Below, piece by piece: positions 46,220 to 55,742 of a DNA stretch of 64,000 nucleotides; the stretch's first letter is position 1; the number at the start of each line of letters is the position of its first letter. The translations under genes were made by a program, and so were the position numbers. Under the pieces are notes generated by a model. The model saw only the letters and a list, made by a program, of their open reading frames with translations. It searched no databases and was not told the DNA's origin. The stretch spans positions 21,127-85,126 of the forward strand of contig JBDHAC010000002.1 of the NCBI GenBank assembly GCA_039588275.1, in the 5' to 3' direction. This DNA comes from Gemmatimonadota bacterium (lineage in GTDB: Bacteria > Gemmatimonadota > Gemmatimonadetes > Palauibacterales > Palauibacteraceae).

Positions 46220-47140
46220 ATGTTCCAGCTCGAGGCTCGCGAGACGCTTTCGGCCGGCCTCCGGCGTCTTCTCCTCCAGCAGATCGACCTGACTCGAGAT
46301 CAGGCGAACGAGAGTCGCGAGCCGCTGAACGTCCGCGTCCACGAGGCGCGCAAGGCGTTCAAACGCAGCCGCGCGCTCCTTCGCTTCGTGCGGGAGGAGC
46401 TCGGGACGGAGGCCTACACCGGGTTCAATCGGACTTTCCGTGACGCGGGACGGCGTTTGGCGACGCGGCGGACCAACTGGGTCCTGCGGAAGCTCGCCTC
46501 GCGTTTCCTCAGCGAAGCCGAGGACTCCGTCGCCATCAAGGGGTTTGCCAAGCTCGGGGCGGCGTTGGAAGACGGCGTTGACGAGGACACCCGGGAGCTG
46601 GACGACGACGGTCAGCTCGCCGCCGATCTGAATGCCTCACGCGAGCGCGTCGCGGCGTGGCCGGTGGAGCGAGACGATTTCGACCTCGTCCGCCCCGGGC
46701 TGTTCCGGGTGTATCGAACCGGGCGCAGACGAATGCGGGCGGCACAGCTCGACCCGAGCAGCGAGCGGCTCCACGAGTGGAGGAAGGTCGTCAAATACCT
46801 GTGGCATCAAGTCGAGGTGCTCGTGCCCACCAACCCGGTGATCCTCGGGCCCTTCGCGGAGACCGTGCACTCGTTGGCCGACCTGTTGGGGGATGAGCAC
46901 GATCTCTGCGATCTCCTCCAAACCGCGCGTAGCGGGGGCGCGCTCGCGAGTGATGACGAGCTCCGGGCCGTGGAACGGCGGTTGGAGCAGGAGCGTTCTC
47001 GAATCCGGCGCGCCATATGGCCGATCGCGGAGGATGTGTATCGGGAGAAGCCCGGCGAGTTCTCGCGCCGGTTGGCCGAGTACTGGGGCGAATGGCGCGT
47101 CGAGGCAACGCCACAAGGCGTCGCGGGGTATGGGGTCTGA
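46220..47140 (+). CDS. CHAD-domain protein
   Basis: ATG at 46220 is preceded by GGAGG. It carries the repeated histidine/basic helical motifs of CHAD (VHEARKAFKRSRALLRF, LHEWRKVVKYLWHQVEVL). The upstream 411 codons of the 717-aa track ORF are antisense to the amidohydrolase gene and are not coding. Confidence 0.8.
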   Translation: MFQLEARETLSAGLRRLLLQQIDLTRDQANESREPLNVRVHEARKAFKRSRALLRFVREELGTEAYTGFNRTFRDAGRRLATRRTNWVLRKLASRFLSEAEDSVAIKGFAKLGAALEDGVDEDTRELDDDGQLAADLNASRERVAAWPVERDDFDLVRPGLFRVYRTGRRRMRAAQLDPSSERLHEWRKVVKYLWHQVEVLVPTNPVILGPFAETVHSLADLLGDEHDLCDLLQTARSGGALASDDELRAVERRLEQERSRIRRAIWPIAEDVYREKPGEFSRRLAEYWGEWRVEATPQGVAGYGV

Positions 47141-47230
47141 TCGCGACAGGACCCCGACGGCACGACGTCCGGGGTGGACGGCGTCCGCAGTTGGCAGCGG
47201 TGGTCCGTTGATTACGGGTCGGGGGTCCGT

Positions 47231-49555
47231 ATGAGTCAGAAGCCGACCGAAAGCGAGCGGGGCGTAGTCCGCGACCCGCGCGGGAACGGGCAGCCGAAAC
47301 CGCCCGCCGAGCCGGTGGCGCGCACGATCCCGATCTCCGGGTCCACCCCCGAGACCGGCGTCCCGGCTCCGGCCGACACAGGCACCGATGAGGGCGGGGG
47401 GTTCGCGATCCCGTGGGCTGTCGCCCCCCGTGGTGTTCCCTCGGATGTAGAGTCCTCCGACCCGTCTCTCTTCTTCAACCGGGAGTTGAGCTGGCTCGAC
47501 TTCAATTGGCGGGTGCTCGACAAGGCACTCGACGCGCGCACGCCCCTCATCGAGCGCGTCCGATTCCTCGCCATCACCGCCAGCAACCTGGACGAGTTCT
47601 TCATGAAGCGGGTCGGGGGGTTGAAGCGTCAGCTGGCGGCGGGCCTCATGAGGCTTTCCGTCGACGGTCGGACGCCCGCGGAGCAGCTCGCGCTCATCCG
47701 TGAAGCGGTCTCGCAAATGAGCGAGAAGATGCTGGAGACCTGGCGTGAGCTACGCGGACCGCTGGCTGACAAGGCCGAGATCAAGGTCGACCGATACGAA
47801 GCGCTCGAAGAGGACGAGCGAGAGCGACTGCACGAGCTCTTCCGTCGAGAGATCTACCCGATGCTCACGCCGCTCGCCGTCGACCCGGGACATCCGTTTC
47901 CGTTCCTCTCCAACCTGAGCGTCTCGCTAGCCGTGGTGCTTCGCCACCCCGAACGCCGGACAATGCACTTCGCGCGAGTGAAGATCCCCACGAGCCGCTC
48001 ACGTTGGATCCAGCTCGAGAAAGACGGCGGGTTCCTACCCGTCGAGGAGCTCGTGCGCGCGCACGTGGACGAGCTGTTCCGGGGGATGGAGATCCGGTCC
48101 GCGCACCTGTTCCGGGTGACTCGGAACGCGGATGTTCGCCGGGCCGAGGAAGAGGCGGACGATCTGATTCGGATGATCTCGGAGGAGCTGCGTGAGCGCC
48201 GCTTCGCCCCCGTGGTCCGTCTCGAAGTCGAGCCGCAGATGCCGGAATCCGTCCGGGCGCTCCTGCTCCGCGAGCTCGAGCTGGAGACCGATGACCTGTA
48301 CGAGGTCGACGGGCTGTTGGATCTGGCGGGTTTGACGGAGCTCACGGAGGCCGTGGGGCCAAAGCACCAGTTCGAGCCGTGGGAGCCGCTCATCCCACCG
48401 CAGCTCCTGCTCGAGCGTGCGACCGAGGACGCGCCCGACATCTTCGCGGTTCTTCGGGCGCAGGATCTGCTCGTTCATCACCCGTACGATTCGTTCGCCG
48501 CGTCGGTGCAGAGGTTCGTGGAGGAGGCGGCGGACGATCCCTCGGTTCTGGCCATCAAGCAGACGCTATACCGTACCTCGGACGAATCGCCCGTCGTACG
48601 GGCGCTCGTGCGTGCCGCCGAATCGGGGAAGCAGGTAGCCGTCCTGGTCGAGGTGAAGGCGCGGTTCGACGAAGCGGACAACATCGGCTGGGGTCGGGTC
48701 CTGGCAGACGCGGGCGCGCACGTCACGTACGGCGTCACGGGTCTGAAGACGCATGCCAAAGTGGCGCTCGTGCTGCGCGACGAGCCCGAGGGCATCCGCG
48801 CGTATACGCACGTGGGCACCGGCAACTACCACTCGGGCACCGCTCGGTTGTACACGGACATCGGGCTGCTTACGGGCCGACCGGGTATCGGCCGCGATGC
48901 GGTGAACCTCTTCCACTATCTGACCGGTTACGCGCCCGAGCAGGAGTACGGGAACCTGCTGATCGCCCCCCGGGACCTGCGCCCGGCTTTCATGGAGCTC
49001 ATCGAGCGCGAGATCGAGTCTCAGCGCGAGTCCGGGTCAGGCCGAATCATCGCGAAGATGAACGGGTTGGACGACGGAGATACGATCGAGGCCCTATACC
49101 GCGCTTCGGTCGAGGGAGTGTGCATCGACCTGATCGTTCGGGGGCTGTGCCGGTTGCGTCCCGGTCTCCCCGGAATCAGCGAGAACATCCGGGTTCGGAG
49201 CATCATCGGACGGTTTCTCGAGCACGACCGGCTCTACTGGTTCGAGAACGGGGGCAAGCCGAGGGTCTTCCTGGGCAGCGCGGACTGGCGTCGCCGCAAC
49301 CTCGACGACCGTGTCGAGGCGCTCGTGGAAGTCGAGACCAAGAAGCTGAGGAAGCAGCTTCGCCGGGTTCTGAGGGAGGCACTCAGGGACAACGAGCTTT
49401 CCTGGGAGCTGTCGCCGGATGGGTCCTGGGTGCGCTGCCGGCCCGCCGACGGGCAGAAACGGCGCAACTTTCACCGCGGGATGATGCGTCGGGCGCGCAA
49501 GCGCCGCATGAGGTTCGGGGCGTGGGATCTCCCGCCCCGTCCAGCCGCGGGTTGA
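47231..49555 (+). CDS. ppk: polyphosphate kinase 1
   Basis: FFNRELSWLDFNWRVLDKALDARTPLIERVRFLAITASNLDEFFMKRVG, and later the two PLD-like HKD-type regions (TGLKTHAKVALV and RFLEHDRLYWF). I prefer the start at ATG 47231. Confidence 0.95.
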   Translation: MSQKPTESERGVVRDPRGNGQPKPPAEPVARTIPISGSTPETGVPAPADTGTDEGGGFAIPWAVAPRGVPSDVESSDPSLFFNRELSWLDFNWRVLDKALDARTPLIERVRFLAITASNLDEFFMKRVGGLKRQLAAGLMRLSVDGRTPAEQLALIREAVSQMSEKMLETWRELRGPLADKAEIKVDRYEALEEDERERLHELFRREIYPMLTPLAVDPGHPFPFLSNLSVSLAVVLRHPERRTMHFARVKIPTSRSRWIQLEKDGGFLPVEELVRAHVDELFRGMEIRSAHLFRVTRNADVRRAEEEADDLIRMISEELRERRFAPVVRLEVEPQMPESVRALLLRELELETDDLYEVDGLLDLAGLTELTEAVGPKHQFEPWEPLIPPQLLLERATEDAPDIFAVLRAQDLLVHHPYDSFAASVQRFVEEAADDPSVLAIKQTLYRTSDESPVVRALVRAAESGKQVAVLVEVKARFDEADNIGWGRVLADAGAHVTYGVTGLKTHAKVALVLRDEPEGIRAYTHVGTGNYHSGTARLYTDIGLLTGRPGIGRDAVNLFHYLTGYAPEQEYGNLLIAPRDLRPAFMELIEREIESQRESGSGRIIAKMNGLDDGDTIEALYRASVEGVCIDLIVRGLCRLRPGLPGISENIRVRSIIGRFLEHDRLYWFENGGKPRVFLGSADWRRRNLDDRVEALVEVETKKLRKQLRRVLREALRDNELSWELSPDGSWVRCRPADGQKRRNFHRGMMRRARKRRMRFGAWDLPPRPAAG

Positions 49556-49638
49556 TCCAGCGGCCTGGCCCGGGCCGGGACACCCCCATGGCCAGCTAGG
49601 ACCGCGTGTTCTTCACCAGGTGCCTGCCTGTTTCGAGT

Positions 49639-50823
49639 TTAGAAATGGAACTGGTACTGCGCCTTGAACGAGTTCTCGCCATCCAGCGAATCGTCCGAGA
49701 ACGCGACGATGTCCCAGTTCAGCGCTAACTTGTTCCGCCCCCCGAAAAAGATCTGGAGGCCGGGAGTAAAGCCCCACACTCCGTCGTTCTCCAGATCCGC
49801 GTTCGGATCGGCCATCGTCACGCGGAAGAGCGGTTCGATGGCCTCGAAGAAGTAGGTGCCCTCCAGCGGGATCTTGTAGCTCCCGATCACCTGCCAGGTG
49901 TACATGTCCGCGAGCGACTCGTCCGCCACGAGGTCGGGAGTTCCCCCGGATTCGCTCTGCAACGCGTTCTCGCCGAACACGAACCCGGCCTGTACGTGCG
50001 GCCCCTCGCTGAAATCACCCAGCTCGCCCCACACCTCGACATTGCCGAAACGACGGGCACCCAACGATTCGTTCGGGCGCGTGAACGGGATGTCGGTGAG
50101 CGCACCGGCCACCGCGATCTGCAACGGCAGACTGCCGACGTCGAGGTTGACCGCCGCCCGCCCGATGAACTGCTTGTCGGTATCCACGTCCTCGTTGGCG
50201 GAGGGGCTGTTTCCGTTGAAGGCACCCAGCCAGTACTGAAAGCGTCCATCCGCGGTGCTGCCGTCGATCATGACCCCGATATCGCGGTCAGACAGCCGGT
50301 TCCGGGTCGTCAGCTCGTCGAGCGACAGCGCCGTGCTCCCCGAGACGCCCGGGATGTCCACATCCCGCTCGATCGTGAGGATCTGGGTCGAGCTGGTCAT
50401 CAGGAAGCCATCGAAGGGCTTCTTGTACTGGCCGATCGTGATCCTCGCGTGGGAGTGCTCCGCATCGGGATTGAGATTCAACCGTCCGAAGGCGTCCTTG
50501 AGGACAACGCCGTCGACCTGGTCGAAATCCGGCTGGATGCGGCCCTCGATCCAGTCGTTGAACTTGGCGTGCAGGGTGAACCTCGCCCGCCGAATGAACA
50601 TGTCGATTCCGGGTACGTCCTGACCGCATGTGGAGGATGGCGCCGCGTTGTCGGTGCTGTAGTCCGAGCACGTGCTCGTCGTCGCCTGGAGCTGAAAACG
50701 CCCCGAGAGCGAAACCTCCGCGGCTTTCGAAGTGAACGTCACCTGCGCCGCGGCCGGTCGGGCCAATGCTGCGACACAACCCGAGGCCAGGCAGACCTGT
50801 AGCGCAAACCTTCCGATCCTCAA
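49639..50823 (-). CDS. phosphate-selective porin O/P family outer-membrane protein
   Basis: TTG start at 50823 sits 5 nt after CAGGAGG and yields the signal peptide RIGRFALQVCLASGCVAALARPAAAQ. FIRRARFTLHAKFNDWIEGRIQPDF and the terminal ...FKAQYQFHF are typical of OprO/OprP-type barrels. Confidence 0.75.
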   Translation of the reverse strand: MRIGRFALQVCLASGCVAALARPAAAQVTFTSKAAEVSLSGRFQLQATTSTCSDYSTDNAAPSSTCGQDVPGIDMFIRRARFTLHAKFNDWIEGRIQPDFDQVDGVVLKDAFGRLNLNPDAEHSHARITIGQYKKPFDGFLMTSSTQILTIERDVDIPGVSGSTALSLDELTTRNRLSDRDIGVMIDGSTADGRFQYWLGAFNGNSPSANEDVDTDKQFIGRAAVNLDVGSLPLQIAVAGALTDIPFTRPNESLGARRFGNVEVWGELGDFSEGPHVQAGFVFGENALQSESGGTPDLVADESLADMYTWQVIGSYKIPLEGTYFFEAIEPLFRVTMADPNADLENDGVWGFTPGLQIFFGGRNKLALNWDIVAFSDDSLDGENSFKAQYQFHF

Positions 50824-50975
50824 TCGGACCTCCTGTCGTGTGCTCGGGGGTTCGGCCGCCACACCCCGAGGTCGATGGTGGGGAACGGCGACGTGGAGCA
50901 ACGGGCGGGCGATCGTACGGCTCGCCCTGGTGGAGGAGCCGCCTTCGCCAGCGAGCGCGGCCGCGACTCCGGCCG

Positions 50976-52094
50976 CTAGAAATCCACCTGCGCGACCAGC
51001 AGGAACTGCCCGCCGTCCAGGAACGGGCTCGGCGGTGAATCGTGCAGCTCGATCGCGTACTGTAGACCGAATTTCGCGTACTGCCCGGGAAAGATGTTGA
51101 TGCCGAGGAGCACGAAATCGCGGTTCTCGCCTACGGCCGGGCTGAAGCCGTCGTAGCGCGCGACCGCCTCGATCGCGCCACCCCAGAACAGATAGCCGGC
51201 CTCTACGTAGCCGCCGTAGGCATCGAGGGCTACCTCCGACTCATCCGGCTCATCCGGTGACAGCTCGGCGTCGTAGTCGCCCCGCAGGTATTCGCCGGTG
51301 ATGGACCAACCCCTATAGCTGGCGTGCACGTCGACCGACCACAGGAACCGATCGCCGGCAAACGCGTCCTCGAACCCGATCGAGCCCTCGCCGGGTGCCG
51401 TCCCTTCGAACCCCGGACCGAGCTCGGCCGCGGTGTCCTCCGAATAGGCCACGCTCGCGCCGGCCTGGAGGACGAAGTCCTCGTAGAACGGGACCGGGCC
51501 GATCGTATTGTACTGGACCCGGCCGGCGAACATGTAGTCGCTGCCGTCGTTCTCGAGCCGACGTCCGTTGCCGTTGAAGACGCCGGCCCCGTAGGTGAGC
51601 CTCGCGTCCACCGCCTCGCCCCGGAGCTCGACGCCTACCTGACGTCCCGGTGCGATGGCTTCCGCAGCCTGAGAGCGCTCGAGGAACGTGAGTTGGCCTT
51701 TGTCCGTCAGCGCCTCCAAGCCGAACGCGGGGCGGAACAGCCCGAGCCCGATCTCGGCCTCGGGACGGATCGGCAGCCCGGCGCGAGCGTCCAGGAGCTT
51801 GAACTCGTCATCGGCCTCGTCGTATTCGACCTGAACGAAGTAATCGAAGATGATCCCGATCTTCCCGGACAAACCGAGCCTCGCGTCGAACACGTCGAAT
51901 CCGTCGCTACGCTCGGATGACGCCGGCTCCACGCGAACCCCGGTCCTCAGCAAGCCACGCACCTCGAGGTCGGATTGCGCGGCTGCGTCCCGCGGTAGCG
52001 CGAACATCGGAATGGCTGCCGAGGCCACCAGCACCGGAGTCCACAAGCTCGATGCTCGGAGCATCGCCCTACCTCGCTTCTTCCCCATCCTCAT
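50976..52094 (-). CDS. phosphate-selective porin O/P family outer-membrane protein (second copy, divergent)
   Basis: Signal peptide ending DAAAQ. FDARLGLSGKIGIIFDYFVQVEY and the terminal LLVAQVDF fit the family. ATGA overlap with the upstream CPBP protease gene. Confidence 0.75.
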   Translation of the reverse strand: MRMGKKRGRAMLRASSLWTPVLVASAAIPMFALPRDAAAQSDLEVRGLLRTGVRVEPASSERSDGFDVFDARLGLSGKIGIIFDYFVQVEYDEADDEFKLLDARAGLPIRPEAEIGLGLFRPAFGLEALTDKGQLTFLERSQAAEAIAPGRQVGVELRGEAVDARLTYGAGVFNGNGRRLENDGSDYMFAGRVQYNTIGPVPFYEDFVLQAGASVAYSEDTAAELGPGFEGTAPGEGSIGFEDAFAGDRFLWSVDVHASYRGWSITGEYLRGDYDAELSPDEPDESEVALDAYGGYVEAGYLFWGGAIEAVARYDGFSPAVGENRDFVLLGINIFPGQYAKFGLQYAIELHDSPPSPFLDGGQFLLVAQVDF

Positions 52095-52885
52095 CCCTTG
52101 GTTTCTCCGTTCAGATCATCTTCCGTATCGATCCGGGTCTCTACGTCCCCCTCGGGACCGCCGTTCCCGACCGACTGCACGTTCTCCGCTGCGCCCTCGA
52201 TCAACTCGTCGGGAAACAGCCACCGCCACCCACCGAGCCCGATCGCGGCATTGATCCAGAAATGGGCCACGATCGCGGGAAACAGGCTTCCCGTCAGGAT
52301 CACCGGAAGAGCGAGCGTAAACCCCAACGTACCCGCACGAATGACGCCAGCGAGCCGTTGATACCCATGCGAGAGCCCGAACGAAAGTGACACCACCGCG
52401 GCTCCCAGCCATGGCGAGTCCAGCCAGGCCGTCGACACCGCCAGCAGGAATCCCCGGAACACGTACTCCTCGCACACCGCAGCCACACCAGACAGCACGA
52501 GGAACGCTCGTTTCTCGGGCGCGGTTCGCGGCATCAACAGGCGCGCGAGCGCTCCTTCGGTGAGACCGACCGCGCGTGCGCCGTGCGTCACGAGCCACGC
52601 GACCGCGAGCCCCGCGACGGTGAACCCGACTCCCCACGTGAACCCCTGCGTGGCGTCCGAGACCCGCCAGCCGAGAAGAGCCGCCTCCACATCCTGCCAG
52701 GCCGTCACCGCGAGCGTGATGCCGGCGATCAGTAGGAGCGAGAACGCCACCGAGCCGTAGATGGCCCGGCGGAATTCGAGCTGTTGCTCGTCGAGAACGC
52801 CACGCCGGGCGTCGTTCCACGCGACCAGAGGCAGCCCCGCGAGCACGAGGCCGGCGTAGATGCTGAGGATCGCGTTGGGCTCCAT
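52091..52885 (-). CDS. CPBP-family (CAAX-type) intramembrane glutamic endopeptidase
   Basis: Motifs VCEEYVFRGFLL (EExxxR), SFGLSHGY (FxxxH) and AIVAHFWINA (HxxxN/D). Confidence 0.8.
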   Translation of the reverse strand: MEPNAILSIYAGLVLAGLPLVAWNDARRGVLDEQQLEFRRAIYGSVAFSLLLIAGITLAVTAWQDVEAALLGWRVSDATQGFTWGVGFTVAGLAVAWLVTHGARAVGLTEGALARLLMPRTAPEKRAFLVLSGVAAVCEEYVFRGFLLAVSTAWLDSPWLGAAVVSLSFGLSHGYQRLAGVIRAGTLGFTLALPVILTGSLFPAIVAHFWINAAIGLGGWRWLFPDELIEGAAENVQSVGNGGPEGDVETRIDTEDDLNGETKG

Positions 52886-53147
52886 CTCGATCGCGGTGGC
52901 CTCGTTTGACGGGCGGAGGGGTACTGAATCCGACCGGCGGTCGAACGGCTGGCGGCGTATGAACCTCGATCGATACGGGATGTCGGTCGCTGGTGCAACA
53001 CGGACCTATGGCTTTTGGCGTTGCGAGGCCATCTTTCGGAGGGCGGCCGAGCCCCTTTGCCGTAGCTCGGCGCCGTGCAGCGCGAGAATCCGGGGCCGGA
53101 GCGACGGCCGGAACCCGGCCCTCGCCCAACCGGTGGATCGCGATCGT

Positions 53148-54077
53148 ATGAGAATCGACCTGGCCATCGCGCAGTTTCGGCCCACGAAGGGGGACACCGA
53201 GGCCACACTGGCCGATATACAGGCGGTCCTCGGCCGCGTGGCCGCGATCGAGCCCCACCCCCAGCTGGTCGTGTTTCCCGAGACCGCGCTCACCGGATAC
53301 TTCCTCGAGGGCGGTGTGCGCGAGGAGGCCATGTCGGCCGACACCCTGTTCGAGCGACTGTGCGAGCGCTACGCCAACGTCAGCGATGATCCGATCGATG
53401 TCGCGATCGGGTTCTACGAGCTCCGCGATCGCAAGATTTACAACTCGGCTCTATACGCCCAGCTCGGCGCGTACGAGCCACGCATCGTGCACGTCCACAG
53501 AAAGACGTTCCTCCCGACCTACGGCGTCTTCCAGGAGGAGCGCTTCGTGGAAGCCGGGGCCGGGATCGCGGCCTTCGATACCCGCCTGGGGCGTGTGGCC
53601 GTGCTGATCTGCGAGGAGGCGTTTCACTCGATCTCGGGAACGGTAGCCGCCCTCGACGGGGCTGAGCTGATCCTGGTGCTGAGCGCGTCCCCCGCTCGAG
53701 GGGCCGAGCCCGGCGCAGGGGTGCCGGGGAACGTGGCACGGTGGGACTTGCTCGGAAGCGCGCTCGCCGGCGAGCACGGCGTGTACGTGGCCGTCTCCCA
53801 GCTCGCCGGATTCGAGGGTGGAAAGGGATTCGCTGGGGGCTCGGCCGCCTACTCGCCGCGGGGGGATCGCATCGCCCGTGGTCCGCTGTGGAGCGACGAT
53901 CTCCTCGCCCTACAGGTCGACCTCGAGGACGTGATCTCGGCGCGTGCGGAGGAACCGTTGCTGGCGGACCTCGAGCGCATGTGGATGAGATTGCTCATCA
54001 ACAGTCCGGGCGCGCGCATCTCGGCCCCTGACCCCCGCTCCGGCGTGCCGGGTGCCGGGGAGGAGGCGGACGCGTGA
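53148..54077 (+). CDS. carbon-nitrogen hydrolase, probable glutaminase partner of NadE
   Basis: ATG at 53148. Triad contexts are VVFPETALTGY, HVHRKTFLPTYG and AVLICEEAFH. The stop overlaps the nadE GTG start (GTGA). Confidence 0.75.
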   Translation: MRIDLAIAQFRPTKGDTEATLADIQAVLGRVAAIEPHPQLVVFPETALTGYFLEGGVREEAMSADTLFERLCERYANVSDDPIDVAIGFYELRDRKIYNSALYAQLGAYEPRIVHVHRKTFLPTYGVFQEERFVEAGAGIAAFDTRLGRVAVLICEEAFHSISGTVAALDGAELILVLSASPARGAEPGAGVPGNVARWDLLGSALAGEHGVYVAVSQLAGFEGGKGFAGGSAAYSPRGDRIARGPLWSDDLLALQVDLEDVISARAEEPLLADLERMWMRLLINSPGARISAPDPRSGVPGAGEEADA

Positions 54078-54973
54078 ACGACGCCGTCCCCCCGCCGACG
54101 CTCGATTGGGGACACCCCTCGATCCGGAGCGCCTCGCCGCCCGCGCCCGGCGATCTCCGTCCGCTCGAGGTGGACGCGGAACTCCTGGAGGCTTGGCTGG
54201 TCGAGTTTCTGCGCGACGAGATCGTGCGGCGACGCGGCTTCCGACGCGTCGTGGTCGGTCTCTCGGGGGGGGTGGATTCGTCGCTTACGGCGGCGCTCTG
54301 CGCCCGTGCCCTGGGCCCGGACTCGGTGTACGGATTCCTCCTGCCGTACCGCACGAGCAGCCCTGCGAGCGCCGAGCACGCCGAGGCTCTCGCCCGCGAG
54401 CTGGGAATCTCGACTCGCACGATCGAGATCACGGATGCGGTCGACGGCTATCTGGAGCGGCACGAGCCGGGCGCCGGCGACCATCGACGCGGCAACGTCG
54501 CGGCGCGACAGCGGATGATCATCCTGTTCGATCAGGCCTACAAGCTGGGGGCGTTGCCCGTGGGCACCGGGAACAAGTCCGAGCGCTTGCTCGGCTACTT
54601 CACGTGGCACGCCGACGACTCGCCCCCCATCAACCCGCTCGGGGATCTCTTCAAGACCCAGGTGTGGGCGCTGGCACGTGCCGTGGGCCTGCCGTCCGAG
54701 ATCGTGGACAAGCCGGCGACCGCCGACCTGATTCGTGGCCAAACCGATGAGGGCGATCTGGGGATCTCGTATCCCGAGGCGGACCTGATCCTGCACCATC
54801 TCGTGAGCGGGTACACGTCGCACCGACTCATCGAGTGCGGGTTCAGCGAGGCGCAGATCGAGATCGTATGCCGGCGGCTCGACGGCACACACTGGAAGCG
54901 CCACTTGCCGACCGTCGCCATGCTCTCATCGACCGCGATCGGCGAGTGGTACCTGCGACCGGTGGATTATTGA
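54074..54973 (+). CDS. nadE: NAD+ synthetase (synthetase domain only)
   Basis: PP-loop VVVGLSGGVDSSLTAAL, plus RGNVAARQRMIILFD and PVGTGNKSERLLGYFT. Confidence 0.9.
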   Translation: MNDAVPPPTLDWGHPSIRSASPPAPGDLRPLEVDAELLEAWLVEFLRDEIVRRRGFRRVVVGLSGGVDSSLTAALCARALGPDSVYGFLLPYRTSSPASAEHAEALARELGISTRTIEITDAVDGYLERHEPGAGDHRRGNVAARQRMIILFDQAYKLGALPVGTGNKSERLLGYFTWHADDSPPINPLGDLFKTQVWALARAVGLPSEIVDKPATADLIRGQTDEGDLGISYPEADLILHHLVSGYTSHRLIECGFSEAQIEIVCRRLDGTHWKRHLPTVAMLSSTAIGEWYLRPVDY

Positions 54974-55044
54974 GCACCACGAAAAAGCCGCCGGCGATCA
55001 GCCGACGGCCTGGCAGGTCGCTCAGCGCCTGCGTCGTCCCGCGA

Positions 55045-55117
55045 TACCCCCTAGGGGAATCGAACCCCTGTCTCCTGGCTGAGAACCAGGTATCCTTGGC
55101 CACTAGACGAAGGGGGC
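55045..55117 (-). tRNA. tRNA-Glu (anticodon CUC)
   Basis: The minus strand reads GCCCCCUUCGUCUAGUGGCCAAGGAUACCUGGUUCUCAGCCAGGAGACAGGGGUUCGAUUCCCCUAGGGGGUA and folds as a cloverleaf. The acceptor stem is 7 bp with G1-U72. The anticodon stem is CCUGG/CCAGG with loop UUCUCAG. The T arm is AGGGG-UUCGAUU-CCCCU. It closely resembles bacterial tRNA-Glu. No CCA is encoded. Confidence 0.9.
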
Positions 55118-55205
55118 ACGTCTGTGTTGGGGGACGGTATTCTAGGGCGCCGCATGCCCCTGTCAAGCCGGCGGCCCGCTGGATCTCGAGAGCTGATTCG
55201 AACCG

Positions 55206-55742
55206 ATGACGTGGGAATACCTCCACCTCATAGCCCACTCCTTCCCCATCGTCCTGTCGGTGACGGGCGTGCTGGTCGGGGTCATGGGCTGGATTCGGGA
55301 CAAGCCCGAGCTGGAGCGCTGGGCGTTGGTCGCCCTGCTGGTGGGAGGCGCGTTCGTGATTCCCGCGTACGTGACTGGCCTGGTCGCCGCGGACGTCGTG
55401 GGAAACCGGATATTCGTCGAGCCCTCGATCATACAGACTCACCGGTTCGCGGCGACCTGGGCGGCGATTCCGATCGTCACGGCGGGGGTGCTGGCGGGCT
55501 TCGCACTGTACGAGAGCGAGGATCGAAGGCTGCGCCGATTCGTCATCCTGGTGGGGGTTGTAGCGGCGGGCGCCATCGGCTACGCGGCCTATCTGGGGTC
55601 GCAGATCGTGCACCCGAACGAGCCCGTGGACCCGGCCGAGACGGCCCTGGAACTCTCACGGAGAGATGCATGCACGAGCATATACGCCGCCGCAGCGTCA
55701 CCACCAGGTTCGGTCTTCTTCTCGCCCTCGCGTGCGTCGTGA
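55206..55742 (+). CDS. hypothetical 4-TM membrane protein
   Basis: MTWEYLHLIAHSFPIVLSVTGVLVGVMGW...ALVALLVGGAFVIPAYVTGLV...AAIPIVTAGVLAGFALY...VILVGVVAAGAIGYAAYL. The 3' end overlaps the dipeptidase start by about 70 nt in another frame. Confidence 0.5.
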   Translation: MTWEYLHLIAHSFPIVLSVTGVLVGVMGWIRDKPELERWALVALLVGGAFVIPAYVTGLVAADVVGNRIFVEPSIIQTHRFAATWAAIPIVTAGVLAGFALYESEDRRLRRFVILVGVVAAGAIGYAAYLGSQIVHPNEPVDPAETALELSRRDACTSIYAAAASPPGSVFFSPSRAS

